From Fidelibacterota bacterium (GTDB lineage: Bacteria; Fidelibacterota; Marinisomatia; Marinisomatales; TCS55), in contig JBHHTW010000005.1 of NCBI GenBank assembly GCA_046861385.1, positions 47,755 through 111,754 on the forward strand: a DNA stretch of 64,000 nt. The letters run 5' to 3'. Shown piece by piece: positions 36,804 through 47,326 of this stretch (positions are counted from its first letter, which is position 1; the number at the start of each line of letters is the position of its first letter). Under the pieces are notes generated by a model. It worked only from the letters and a program-made list of their open reading frames with translations. It did not search any database and was not told the DNA's origin. The translations under genes and the position numbers were made by a program.

Positions 36804-38726
36804 ATGGGGAAATATAAAGGAATTAAATCTACTGCGGACGGCGCAGCAATGGTTGTATGGGTAGAAAGCCACATTACACAAGCTGCTTGTGCATACCCTA
36901 TTACTTCTTCAACGACTATGGGCTCCGGTTATCAAGCTGTCATTGCGAATGGCGGCACCAATATTTGGGATGAATCAATGGTTTTCATTGAATCAGAGTC
37001 GGAGCATAGTTCTGCTTCTGCTTGTGAAGGATATTCCCTCGCCGGAGGACGTGTAACCAATTTCACATCCGGTCAAGGATTGGTTTTAATGAAAGAAGTG
37101 CTTTATACAATTTCAGGAAAAAGACTTCCAGTTGTCTTTCATATTGGCGCGAGGGCACTCACGTCTCATTCTTTAAATGTTCATGCAGGTCATGATGATG
37201 TCATGGCTGTGACTGATTGTGGTTGGGGAATGTTATTTGGCAGAAATGCACAAGAAGCCGGTGACCTTGCATTAATTTCACGACGGGTAGCAGAAGACAC
37301 ACACACCCCGTTTTTTAATATTATGGATGGATTTTTAACAACCCATACAATTGAAAATGTCCTTTTACATGAGCCTGAAATGATGGAAGAATTCGTAGGG
37401 AAACCTCAAGATAAACTGGTAAATATGATGGATCCTTATCATCCCATCATGTCCGGCGTTGTTCAAAATCAGGATTCCTACATGAAAGGAAAAATTGCAC
37501 AACGGGTATACACTGACAAAATTGAAACATCCATCGTAAATACAATGGATAAATTTTTTGAGCTGACCGGTCGAAGATATGGATTAATATCTCAATATAA
37601 AATGGATGATGCCGATTATGCTATCATTGGAATGGGATCTATGGCAGAAACGGCTGAAGCAGCTGCAGATTATTTAAGACAGGAAAAAAATATAAAAGTT
37701 GGAATTATTCACATTACATCTTTTCGGCCTTTTCCTGGAAAACAAGTCGTGAATGCGTTGAAAAATGTGAAAGCGATGACAGTTTTAGAAAGAATGGACA
37801 ATCCGCTGGCAGAAAGTAATCCACTCACACTCGAGATAAAATCAGCATTTGCAGACAACCTGATTTCCGACGAAAATGGAAATACGAAATTACCAACAAT
37901 TTATTCAGGATCTGCAGGATTAGGGTCAAGAGACGTTCGACCTGACGATATTATGGCTGTGGTTGATAACATGATTAAAAAAGACAAAAAATATTTTGCT
38001 ATTGGTATTAAGCACGACTTATCTCTTGTAACCGGTGAATCCACAGATATTCGAAATGAAGGAACATTCTCTATGCGCGGTCATTCTGTTGGAGGTTATG
38101 GATCGGTCACAACCAATAAAATTATTGCAACAATCGTTGCGGATCTTTTCGATATGTATGTGCAAGCTTATCCCAAATATGGATCCGAAAAGAAAGGACT
38201 TCCCACCACGTATTATTTAACGGTAAGTCCTGACCGGGTTAAAACCCATAACGAACTTGAATTTGTTGAGTTTGTACCGTTAAATGATATTAATGCATTT
38301 AATTTGGCAAATCCTCTAAAAGGACTGCAGACTGGAGGTATGTTATTCGTCCAAAGTCCAAAAACAAAATCGGTTGACATTTGGTGTGACTTCCCAAAGT
38401 GGGCACAAAAAACTATTCAAGAAAGAAAGATTGTTGTTATGGCGCTTGACACAGTGAAAATAGCCAGAGAAGTATCATCAAAACCGGATTTAATCCAAAG
38501 AATGCAGGGAATTGTTTTATTGGGTATTTTTCTGAAAGCGACTCCATTTTTGGAACAATCCGGAATTAGTGAAGATGAATTAATGCAAGGGGTAGAAAAG
38601 TCATTGAGGAAATATTTTGGAAAACGGGGTGAACAAGTTGTGCAAGACAATTTAAATGCTGTAAAGCGCGGATTCACTGAAGTTTTTGAAGTTAAACAAG
38701 ACGAAGGTGAGGAAGTATCAGCATGA
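36804..38726 (+). CDS. pyruvate/2-oxoacid:ferredoxin oxidoreductase, alpha+gamma fusion
   Basis: YPITSS, ESEH, FTSGQGLVLM.E, GHDDV, DGFLTTH, FRPFP, gamma domain VGGYGSVT..K, YGSEKKG.PT. Confidence 0.9.
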   Translation: MGKYKGIKSTADGAAMVVWVESHITQAACAYPITSSTTMGSGYQAVIANGGTNIWDESMVFIESESEHSSASACEGYSLAGGRVTNFTSGQGLVLMKEVLYTISGKRLPVVFHIGARALTSHSLNVHAGHDDVMAVTDCGWGMLFGRNAQEAGDLALISRRVAEDTHTPFFNIMDGFLTTHTIENVLLHEPEMMEEFVGKPQDKLVNMMDPYHPIMSGVVQNQDSYMKGKIAQRVYTDKIETSIVNTMDKFFELTGRRYGLISQYKMDDADYAIIGMGSMAETAEAAADYLRQEKNIKVGIIHITSFRPFPGKQVVNALKNVKAMTVLERMDNPLAESNPLTLEIKSAFADNLISDENGNTKLPTIYSGSAGLGSRDVRPDDIMAVVDNMIKKDKKYFAIGIKHDLSLVTGESTDIRNEGTFSMRGHSVGGYGSVTTNKIIATIVADLFDMYVQAYPKYGSEKKGLPTTYYLTVSPDRVKTHNELEFVEFVPLNDINAFNLANPLKGLQTGGMLFVQSPKTKSVDIWCDFPKWAQKTIQERKIVVMALDTVKIAREVSSKPDLIQRMQGIVLLGIFLKATPFLEQSGISEDELMQGVEKSLRKYFGKRGEQVVQDNLNAVKRGFTEVFEVKQDEGEEVSA

Positions 38727-40306
38727 GTACCCAATTTTCAGAATTAAACAAGCAGAATGCATTTTCTATTTTAGATATAGAAGATTTTAACGAACGAATT
38801 GTCGGTGCCTATAATGACGGAATAGCAGAAGATAGTTTGCCCGCGGACACTACGACAGCAAGAAGTTTAATACCAGCAGGAACGGCAGCGCTTCGCGATT
38901 TTAGTTATATTGCCCCGGATATTCCTGAATTTCTTTCAGATAACTGCGTGGCTTGCATGGAATGTGTCACTCAATGTCCCGATACAGCCATTCTCGGAAA
39001 AGCGATTCCAGAATCAAAATTGGGTGAAACGATTGATAAATTGGATTCAGGTGAATTAAAAGGGTGGATTTCCGATCAATGGACTGATACAAATAAATTT
39101 TATAAAGTCCCGGCGAAACAGGGAAAAGAACCGGCAAAATTCGGAATTTTTATTGATCCGACAAAATGTAAAGGCTGTGCCGAATGTGTGGACGCCTGCG
39201 GTGAGCACGAAGCACTCAGGATGATTACAAAAGAGGATAATACTATTCCTACATATCAAAAAGCATTTGAATTTTTTAATCAACTTGGCGAAACACCTTC
39301 CGATTATATCAATGAACGGGTACTGGTAGATATGATGCTTGCCAGTGATTCCATGCTTTACACCGGAGGTGCCGGGTCCTGCATGGGGTGTGGAGAAGGA
39401 ACTGCATTGAGAATGATGCTGGCCGCTACAGGATTTGTGTACGGAAAAGAAAGTGTAGGACTTGTGGCTGCAACTGGTTGTAATACGGTCTATGGATCGA
39501 CTTATCCCTATAATCCATTTTTAGTACCATGGACAAATTCTCTCTTTGAAAATGTATCTGCAGATGCCATGGGAATTCGTGCCCGATGGGATCAAATGGG
39601 ATGGCATGATAAAAAATTATGGGCTATTGGCGGTGATGGTGCCATGGTTGATATTGGATTTCAGGCACTATCACGTATGTTGGCTTCCGGCATGAACATA
39701 AATGTACTGATTTTAGATACGCAGGTCTATTCTAATACAGGAGGGCAGACATCCACGGCAACATTTGCAGGCCAGGATGCAAAAATGTCCATAGTTGGAA
39801 AATCAATAGGTGGTAAAACTGAGCGACGAAAAGAAATTGCTAATTTGTGTATGATGCACCCTGAAATTTTTGTCGCTCAAACGACATCTGCTCATACAAA
39901 CCATTTTTATAAGGCAATTATGGCAGCAAATGAGTATTCCGGTCCATCGGTTATTAATGTGTACACGACGTGTCAACCGGAACATGGAGTCGCAGATGAT
40001 ATGGCTATGCATCAGGCAAAGTTAGCCGCTGACTCCAGGGCATTTCCTGTATTTATTTATGACCCAACTAAAGGAGAAAAATTCTCGGAGCGTCTTTCCC
40101 TTCAGGGAAACCCGGCAAAAAATAATGATTGGTTTGTAAATCCAAAAACAAAAGAGCAAATTGATTTTGCCTATTTTGCCAAAACTGAAGGTAGATTTGC
40201 CAAACATTTTGATAAAGATGGCAATCCGGATAAAATGATACAGTTCACTCAAAAAGAGAGACTTTCCAACTGGCATTTACTTCAAGAATTAGCGGGGATT
40301 ATATAA
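38723..40306 (+). CDS. pyruvate/2-oxoacid:ferredoxin oxidoreductase, delta+beta fusion
   Basis: CVACMECVTQCP, CKGCAECVDAC, GSCMGCGE, ATGCN.VYG, SLFEN, GGDG (TPP), YSNTGGQ. Confidence 0.9.
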   Translation: MSTQFSELNKQNAFSILDIEDFNERIVGAYNDGIAEDSLPADTTTARSLIPAGTAALRDFSYIAPDIPEFLSDNCVACMECVTQCPDTAILGKAIPESKLGETIDKLDSGELKGWISDQWTDTNKFYKVPAKQGKEPAKFGIFIDPTKCKGCAECVDACGEHEALRMITKEDNTIPTYQKAFEFFNQLGETPSDYINERVLVDMMLASDSMLYTGGAGSCMGCGEGTALRMMLAATGFVYGKESVGLVAATGCNTVYGSTYPYNPFLVPWTNSLFENVSADAMGIRARWDQMGWHDKKLWAIGGDGAMVDIGFQALSRMLASGMNINVLILDTQVYSNTGGQTSTATFAGQDAKMSIVGKSIGGKTERRKEIANLCMMHPEIFVAQTTSAHTNHFYKAIMAANEYSGPSVINVYTTCQPEHGVADDMAMHQAKLAADSRAFPVFIYDPTKGEKFSERLSLQGNPAKNNDWFVNPKTKEQIDFAYFAKTEGRFAKHFDKDGNPDKMIQFTQKERLSNWHLLQELAGII

Positions 40307-40912
40307 ATGAAAGATAAAACAATCCGTTTAAAAAATAAAATTATCATCATCATTAGAGATTTAACCTCTAAGGATGTAAATAAATCTCATGAATTTTTCA
40401 CAGCTATACCTGAATCCAAAAGAAGATTTTTTCGTAGTGATGTAACCAGTAAAAAACATTTAAAAATGAGAGCAGAACAATCCGAGTCCGGTAAAATTAT
40501 TCGACGGATTGCCCTAATGGATGAAAAAATTGTAGGAGATGCCTCGTTAGAAATAGATACAGATTCATGGAAAAGTGGTACAGCGTTTTTAAGACTCGTC
40601 ATTGATCCGAGTCATTCAGGAAAAGGGTTACAATATGCTCTAGCAAAAGATATGTATGATATTGCCTATGATAAAAAAATCGAAAAAATTATTGCTAAGT
40701 TCATGAGACCACAGAAAGATTTATTGGATATCTACACGAACCTTGGGTTCAAAATGGAGGGAGTATTGCCTGATTACGTGCATGACCAAAAGGGAAAAGA
40801 TCAGGATTTGGTCATAATGGTTGCTCCCTTAGAAGATCTTCGTTCAGCACATGACTTTATTGGATATTGGCTGGACAATGATCACAGTTCTGTCGGAGCA
40901 GGAGAGATGTAG
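40307..40912 (+). CDS. GNAT family N-acetyltransferase
   Basis: IDPSHSGKGL acetyl-CoA motif A, LGFKMEG.L; starts immediately after the PFOR stop. Confidence 0.8.
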   Translation: MKDKTIRLKNKIIIIIRDLTSKDVNKSHEFFTAIPESKRRFFRSDVTSKKHLKMRAEQSESGKIIRRIALMDEKIVGDASLEIDTDSWKSGTAFLRLVIDPSHSGKGLQYALAKDMYDIAYDKKIEKIIAKFMRPQKDLLDIYTNLGFKMEGVLPDYVHDQKGKDQDLVIMVAPLEDLRSAHDFIGYWLDNDHSSVGAGEM

Positions 40913-41033
40913 ATTGTATTTGAATCGTTTTAATTACGCGTTTATCATAAAAAATGTTTTGTGTTTCTAAACGGTACGGGGGATTATTTGATTGGAGGTT
41001 TTGCATAACCCTCCAATAGTATTGCATTTTATT

Positions 41034-42689
41034 ATGGAAAATTATAGCAATAAACCACCAGAAAGGATTTTGCCAAAAGGAACTGATTTATTACTCGATC
41101 CATTATATAATAAAGGAACAGCTTTTACAGAAAGGGAGCGAAAGCTACTTAATCTGGAAGGGTTGCTTCCTCCTCATACATTAACCCTGGTTGAACAAAA
41201 AGCAAAAGTCCTGGAAACAGTACGATCCAAAAATACAGACATTGAAAAATATATTTATCTCATGTCATTGCAGGATCGAAATGAAACATTATTTTATCGT
41301 CTGATAACTGAAGAAATCGAAGAATTCTTACCTATTATTTATACACCCACGGTTGGTCAGGCTTGCCAGGAGTATGGTATTGTTTTTCGACGCCCCAGGG
41401 GAATGTATATCAGCCTAAAAGAGAAAGGGTCCGTTAAAAAAGTCCTGAGAAACTGGCGAAGGGAAGATGTAGACGTCATTGTGATTACAGATGGAGAAAG
41501 AATTCTCGGATTGGGCGATCTTGGTGCCGACGGGATGGGGATACCTGTGGGGAAATTATCTTTATATACTGTGTGTTCTGGTATCCATCCTGGTCGTACC
41601 CTACCCGTTACAATTGATGTAGGTACCAATAATGAAGAATTGCTGAATAATCCCTATTATTTTGGACTAAGAGAAAAGAGGACAACTGGTAAAGATTATG
41701 ATGAATTAATAGATGAATTCATGGAAGCTGCATCGGAAATTTTCCCCAATGTTTTGATTCAATTTGAAGATTTTGCTAATCAAAATGCATATCGTTTGTT
41801 GGAAAAATACCGTAATAATTACTTTATGTTTAACGATGATATTCAAGGAACCGGCAGCGTTGTATTGGCCGGGCTTTTGACGGCAGTAAGTTCAATAAAT
41901 TCTACGTTTCGTCAACAGCGTATCTTATTTTATGGTGCTGGTTCAGCAGCATTGGGTATTGCTGAAAATATCATCCAACGGATGGAAATGGCAGGCATAT
42001 CCAATCTGGCAGCAAGGGAAAAAGTATTTTTATTTGATTCCCGTGGACTAGTGGTTAAAGGAAGGGATCATTTAACACCAAATAAAGAGAAATATGCTCA
42101 TCAAATGGATGAAGCAAACCATTTTTATCATGCAGTTAAACAAGTGAAGCCTACGATGATAATTGGCGTATCCGGACAGCCAAAAGTTTTTACAAAAGAA
42201 GTTGTGGAGGAAATGGCCAGATTAAATGAGCATCCTGTCATTTTCGCATTATCCAATCCAACAAATAAATCCGAATGCTCAGCTGAAGAGGCTTACAAAT
42301 GGTCTGATGGAAACGCCATATTTGCCAGTGGCAGCCCCTTCGATCCAGTTGAGTATCGTGGAAAAACTTTTTATCCCGGGCAGGGGAACAATGCTTACAT
42401 TTTCCCGGGAGTGGGGTTAGGTGTGGTGGCGTCTAAATCAGTACGTGTTACGGATGAAATGTTTATTATTGCTGCCCAAGAGTTAGCCAAAATGGTTACC
42501 CAAGAAGATATTAATAAAGGAAGAATGTATCCATCTCTTACAAATATTCGTGAAATTTCACTCAATATTGCAATTGCCGTTGCAGAATATGCTTTTGAGA
42601 ATAATCTAACGCAGGTTCCCATACCGGACAGTATTTCTAAAATGCTAAAAGATGTTATCTATGAACCGGAATATAAATCTTATATTTAG
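41034..42689 (+). CDS. maeA: NAD(P)-dependent malic enzyme (MaeA-type)
   Basis: NKGTAFT, PIIYTPTVG.AC, TDGERILGLGDLG, QFEDF, FNDDIQGT, GAGSA, LSNPT, QGNNAYIFPG. Confidence 0.93.
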   Translation: MENYSNKPPERILPKGTDLLLDPLYNKGTAFTERERKLLNLEGLLPPHTLTLVEQKAKVLETVRSKNTDIEKYIYLMSLQDRNETLFYRLITEEIEEFLPIIYTPTVGQACQEYGIVFRRPRGMYISLKEKGSVKKVLRNWRREDVDVIVITDGERILGLGDLGADGMGIPVGKLSLYTVCSGIHPGRTLPVTIDVGTNNEELLNNPYYFGLREKRTTGKDYDELIDEFMEAASEIFPNVLIQFEDFANQNAYRLLEKYRNNYFMFNDDIQGTGSVVLAGLLTAVSSINSTFRQQRILFYGAGSAALGIAENIIQRMEMAGISNLAAREKVFLFDSRGLVVKGRDHLTPNKEKYAHQMDEANHFYHAVKQVKPTMIIGVSGQPKVFTKEVVEEMARLNEHPVIFALSNPTNKSECSAEEAYKWSDGNAIFASGSPFDPVEYRGKTFYPGQGNNAYIFPGVGLGVVASKSVRVTDEMFIIAAQELAKMVTQEDINKGRMYPSLTNIREISLNIAIAVAEYAFENNLTQVPIPDSISKMLKDVIYEPEYKSYI

Positions 42690-43175
42690 CATGGATTGTG
42701 TTCAATAAAGCACGATTAGAATTTTATTCTCCCTAACAGTTGGGAAATGTGTTATGCTGGTTTTTAAGCACTTAACATTCTACTTGCTGCAAATTTATTT
42801 AATTAGTTTTTCATATTAACTACTTAACCCCCCATTGCTTAAAAGCCCTTGTTATGCACCAGCGGTTTTTTTCTCATTTACTATGGAATCCACTCATTAC
42901 ACAATCTCTTTTACTCCTAAAACTTGTATATAAACTATCTGTATTCGAAAAGAGGAAAACATATCTATTCCCTTATCAGAAAAGGAGACAGCTTCAAAAA
43001 TCGATGGAGATCATTCAAAGATATACGCATTTCATTCATAAGAATTAAAAAGGATATGTTCACTCGATCAGGTGAAATAAAAATATTGGTATAATTACAG
43101 TTAGCTATTGTAGGTTTTCATTGTATTTCATCCGTGAGATGGGGAATCTCCCTTAATAAGCAACACACTTGAACT

Positions 43176-43451
43176 ATGACTGAAATAATCATTAATCAAC
43201 TGTCCCAGGAAGAATTGGAATCCAAGGGAGTTTTTCAATGGCCCATTTGGGAATGTGAAATTTCTGAGTTTCCTTGGACTTACCCTGAAAAAGAAACCTG
43301 TTACATTATCGAAGGAGAAATTGAAGTTAAAACGGATGACAACGTTGTTAATATTAAACCTGGAGATTTTGTCGTATTTTCCGCAGGATTAAGCTGCGTT
43401 TGGAATGTACTAGTTCCTGTGAAAAAACATTATAAGTTTGGGTCAATATGA
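43176..43451 (+). CDS. cupin domain protein (DUF861-like)
   Basis: WPIWECE.SEFPW.Y...ETCYI.EG, I.PGDFV.F..GL.C.W.V..PV.KHY. Confidence 0.85.
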   Translation: MTEIIINQLSQEELESKGVFQWPIWECEISEFPWTYPEKETCYIIEGEIEVKTDDNVVNIKPGDFVVFSAGLSCVWNVLVPVKKHYKFGSI

Positions 43452-43651
43452 TTATTGTCAATTGGCGTATATTACTATTTTTAGGAATTGGTATGCTAAT
43501 CGGTTCCGGAATTCTCTTTTATTGGGGTTACCAATTAAAAATTACAGGAGAATCGTTTAACCATTTTTGGGTGTTAGCCCTTGGCTTTGCGTGGGTGGGC
43601 AGTGACTTAGTTAAAAAAGCTGTTGACAAAAAAACGAATCAAGACAAGTGA
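43448..43651 (+). CDS. small membrane protein
   Basis: Two TM segments, coupled to neighbours. Confidence 0.6.
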   Translation: MIIVNWRILLFLGIGMLIGSGILFYWGYQLKITGESFNHFWVLALGFAWVGSDLVKKAVDKKTNQDK

Positions 43652-44428
43652 TTGAAATATGTTAACCAAATTGCTAACATCATGAGAGAAGCTGTTTATA
43701 ACTATCTAAATACATTTGAACCATTCAATATGTTTGGTACTGAATATTTCTTGGGGAATATGATCTCTTTATTAGTCATAATCTTCTTACCTCTGTATGC
43801 AAAACGCCATCTGGATAGTAAAACCCAGCACACAGTGGGAAAAGTCATTGGATGGATGGTTTTCAGTAATTATCTATTGTGGGTTATTTTGGAGATGATA
43901 GCCGGCACTTTTGATGTAAAACTCCATTTGCCTGTCCACCTTTGCCGACTTGCGAATATTATGATACCGCTCGTGTTGGTCTGGCGAAATTATTTTGTGT
44001 ATGAGATATTATTCTTTTGGGGATTTTCAGGTATGCTTCAAGCTGCTATTACTCCGGATATCGCCGCTGGATTTCCTCATTTTCATTATTTCCGGTTTTG
44101 GGTTGGCCACCAGGGGATGATTTTGGGTTTGGTTTATGCGACTGTTATTTACGAGATGCGACCAACCATGAAAAGTCTGGTGAAAGCGTTTATCGCGTTA
44201 AATATTATGCTGTTAATTGCTGCAGCTGTAAACCTTTCGATAGGAACCAATTATTTATGGATTTGCGGAAAGCCAACCAACCATTTAGGTGAGCATCTTC
44301 CTACTATCATGGATTATTTTGGACCTTGGCCGTGGTATATTCTTACAGCCGAAATATTTGCTATACTTCATTTTGGATTGGCGTACACACCAATCTATTT
44401 TCTCAATAAAAAAAAGGCTTCGCAATGA
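43652..44428 (+). CDS. YwaF-like integral membrane protein
   Basis: LPVHLC, FFWG..G..QA.ITPD, FW.GH, NYLW...KP, GPWPWYI. Confidence 0.8.
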   Translation: MKYVNQIANIMREAVYNYLNTFEPFNMFGTEYFLGNMISLLVIIFLPLYAKRHLDSKTQHTVGKVIGWMVFSNYLLWVILEMIAGTFDVKLHLPVHLCRLANIMIPLVLVWRNYFVYEILFFWGFSGMLQAAITPDIAAGFPHFHYFRFWVGHQGMILGLVYATVIYEMRPTMKSLVKAFIALNIMLLIAAAVNLSIGTNYLWICGKPTNHLGEHLPTIMDYFGPWPWYILTAEIFAILHFGLAYTPIYFLNKKKASQ

Positions 44429-46584
44429 ATCGAATTGTGGGTTTGGTAATAACAATAGTGATGGCAATGATAATGATGGGAAATAATAAACCAAAAATGA
44501 TGCAAACGAACATGCCTCCAATTGCAGAAAAAATACCTCACACGACAAGTATCCATGGATATGAACGAGTAGATAACTACCATTGGATGCGCTTGACAGA
44601 TGAGCAAAAATTGTCAAAAGATTCTGATGAACAAACCCAAAAGGTCTTGGATAATCTAAAAGCAGAAAATTCATACAAAGAAGCCATGCTAAAGCATACT
44701 GAAAAATTCCAGGATGATTTATTTAATGAAATTGTTGGACGAATTAAGAAAGATGACGAATCAGTACCTTACTTCGATAATGGTTATTGGTATTATTCCC
44801 GTTATGAAAAAGGAAAAGAATACCCCATATACTGCAGAAAAAAAGAAACACTGGAAGCCACTGAATCTATTATAATTGACGTAAATGAATGGGCAGAAGG
44901 GCATGATTATTATTCTTTAACTGGTTTGGAGGTCAGTCCCAATAATCAATATTTAGCTTTTAGTGTAGATACGTTAAGCCGTCGAATATATACCATAAAA
45001 ATTAAGGATTTAAAGACGGGCGAAATTCTTCCAGATGAAATTCACGGTACCGAAAGAGGGGTTGCCTGGGCAAATGATAACAAAACATTATTCTACACGA
45101 CAAAAAATGAAGAGACACTCTTATCCGAACATATAGATAGACATAAATTGGGAACACTTCAATCGGAAGATGTAAGAGTTTATACTGAAAATGATAATTC
45201 ATTTTATATCGGTGTCTACCGTTCCAAGTCGGATAAATATATTATCATTTATAATTCAAGTACCTTGGTGAGTGACTTCCAAATTTTAGAAACAAATAAT
45301 CCTGAAGGAAAATTTCGGTCTTTTTCTCCCCGAGAAAGTGAACATGAATATTCTATCGAGCATTATAAAGATAAATTTTATATCATAACAAATTGGGATG
45401 CAGTCAACTTTCGTTTGATGGAAACGCCGGAAAACGCTACATCCAAAGAAAACTGGACTGAAGTGATTCCACATCGTAATAATGTACTTTTGAGTGATAT
45501 TGAAGTATTTACCAATCATATGGTACTCAGTGAACGGAAGGACGGTTTACGGCAGCTGCGAGTCATAGATCAAAGAAACAGCAGCGAACATTACATTGAT
45601 TTTGGAGAAGCGGTTTATGCTTCATATATATTGGTGAATTTAAGTTTTGATACGAATATACTTAGGGTTGGATTTACTTCAATGAAAACACCTTTTTCCA
45701 CTTTAGACTATCAAATGGATACGCGAGAATCTACTCTTTTAAAACAAACTGAGGTCGTGGGTGGATATAATGCAGATAATTATGAAACCGAGCGCTTGTT
45801 TGCAACCGCTAGAGACGGTAAGCAAATTCCAATATCCATTATTTACAAAAAAGGATTCAGAAAGAATGGTAAAGGGAATGTACTTGTCTACGGATATGGG
45901 TCATATGGTGCTACTATGGAACCGTCATTCAGCTCTACGCGATTAAGTTTATTGGATAGGGGATTTGCCTATGCCATTGCCCATATTCGAGGGAGTCAAA
46001 CCTACGGTCGACCCTGGTACGATGACGGTAAAATGGAAAATAAAATGAACACATTTACTGATTTTATTGATTGCAGCCAATATTTGATTGATAAAAAGTA
46101 TACCGATAAGGATCATTTATTTGCCATGGGAGGAAGTGCCGGAGGATTATTAATGGGAGCTATTGTCAATATAGCACCGGAATTATATAAAGGAATCGTA
46201 GCCGCCGTTCCATTTGTAGATGTGATTAACACCATGCTCGATGAAACCATACCACTAACATCAAACGAATGGAATGAATGGGGAAATCCAAAAATTAAGG
46301 AAGAGTACGATTATATAATTAAATATTCACCATATGATAATGTTGAAGCAAAGGAATATCCTAATATGTTGGTAACCACCGGATATTTTGATTCACAGGT
46401 TCAATATTGGGAGCCCCAGAAATGGGTAGCCAAACTTCGAGATATGAAGAAAGACGATCATGTATTATTGATGCATGTTAATATGGAGGCCGGTCATGGT
46501 GGAAAATCAGGACGATTTCGTCGTTATCGTGAAGTGGCGCTTGAATATGCGTTTTTACTTGATTTGGTTGGGATTAACCAATGA
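44425..46584 (+). CDS. ptrB: oligopeptidase B (S9A serine peptidase)
   Basis: DNYHWMR, YGYGSYG, GGSAGG nucleophile, DSQVQYWEP.KWVAKLR, AGHGG.SGR. Confidence 0.92.
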   Translation: MNRIVGLVITIVMAMIMMGNNKPKMMQTNMPPIAEKIPHTTSIHGYERVDNYHWMRLTDEQKLSKDSDEQTQKVLDNLKAENSYKEAMLKHTEKFQDDLFNEIVGRIKKDDESVPYFDNGYWYYSRYEKGKEYPIYCRKKETLEATESIIIDVNEWAEGHDYYSLTGLEVSPNNQYLAFSVDTLSRRIYTIKIKDLKTGEILPDEIHGTERGVAWANDNKTLFYTTKNEETLLSEHIDRHKLGTLQSEDVRVYTENDNSFYIGVYRSKSDKYIIIYNSSTLVSDFQILETNNPEGKFRSFSPRESEHEYSIEHYKDKFYIITNWDAVNFRLMETPENATSKENWTEVIPHRNNVLLSDIEVFTNHMVLSERKDGLRQLRVIDQRNSSEHYIDFGEAVYASYILVNLSFDTNILRVGFTSMKTPFSTLDYQMDTRESTLLKQTEVVGGYNADNYETERLFATARDGKQIPISIIYKKGFRKNGKGNVLVYGYGSYGATMEPSFSSTRLSLLDRGFAYAIAHIRGSQTYGRPWYDDGKMENKMNTFTDFIDCSQYLIDKKYTDKDHLFAMGGSAGGLLMGAIVNIAPELYKGIVAAVPFVDVINTMLDETIPLTSNEWNEWGNPKIKEEYDYIIKYSPYDNVEAKEYPNMLVTTGYFDSQVQYWEPQKWVAKLRDMKKDDHVLLMHVNMEAGHGGKSGRFRRYREVALEYAFLLDLVGINQ

Positions 46585-47171
46585 TTAATAGAATTCTTTC
46601 CAAACTCAGATTCCCCGGAATTTGTTTGGATTTATACACTAACTCCGCCATGAAGAGGGTTGGGCGAATGGGCGCTGTGCTCAACCTAATTTTCATCTTC
46701 ATTCTGTTCCAGACTGGGGCTCATGCCCAACATCAAAATCGCTTATTCTGGGATGGCGGTGACTGGAACCGCGTGAGCCAATTAGCTGCCGGAGACCGGC
46801 AAATGGAAATAAGAATTAAATCTGCATATCTGAATGGTGTGTTGGATGGACGACTATTCTTCTATTTAAAAATCTGGTCAGTAGAACAAGGATTAGCCGA
46901 TAGTGTATTCGCTGAAACAATTGACTACTTAAGCCCCAAAGAGATGGTTCGCTCATTGGATAATTTCTATTCAGATCCGCTAATGGTTTATGTACCGGTC
47001 CCATCTGCTATGATTGTTTCCAATATGTATGGTGAAAGGATCCCATTAAAGATTATTGATGCCTATGTCCAACAAACAAAATTTTGGATCAATGACTTAC
47101 AATTAAGATTGGAGGAACAAACGCCGACGGAATTACTTGAAGGTAAACGTAAAAAACATTTAGAGAAGTAG
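46581..47171 (+). CDS. hypothetical exported protein
   Basis: 196-aa ORF with signal-peptide-like segment (true start probably downstream). Confidence 0.6.
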   Translation: MINRILSKLRFPGICLDLYTNSAMKRVGRMGAVLNLIFIFILFQTGAHAQHQNRLFWDGGDWNRVSQLAAGDRQMEIRIKSAYLNGVLDGRLFFYLKIWSVEQGLADSVFAETIDYLSPKEMVRSLDNFYSDPLMVYVPVPSAMIVSNMYGERIPLKIIDAYVQQTKFWINDLQLRLEEQTPTELLEGKRKKHLEK

Positions 47172-47182
47172 CAGAGGAATTA

Positions 47183-47320
47183 TGTCATTGCGATTCGCCC
47201 AGTAGGCGGAGAATCAATCTTCTTGAGTGATAAAACCGAAGGACATCAATAATTTCTGGTCTTTGACGTACCCATTGGGATCGCCACGCCTTTTCACTTC
47301 ATATCAAAAATTCGCGATAA
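47183..47320. repeat. degenerate REP-like composite element between convergent genes
   Basis: TGTCATTGCGA...TCGCC-CAGTA-GGCGGA-GAATCAATCT and partner GGGATCGCCACG...TTCGCGATAA. Confidence 0.45.
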
Positions 47321-47326
47321 TTTACA

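Noticed and set aside
26056-42689. Selenoprotein (UGA read-through) near selC
   Set aside because: The redox ORFs are complete without read-through; their TGA stops (e.g. 35344, 38726) fall at natural ends followed by or overlapping the next start.
24348-43175. Intact prophage or ICE at selC
   Set aside because: No integrase, structural, replication or conjugation genes and no duplicated tRNA 3' end seen.
42690-43175. ORF 42854..43048 and TAAC...GTTAT motifs as a cassette or attC
   Set aside because: No recognisable protein motif or SD; the spacing is too short and there is no internal palindrome for attC.
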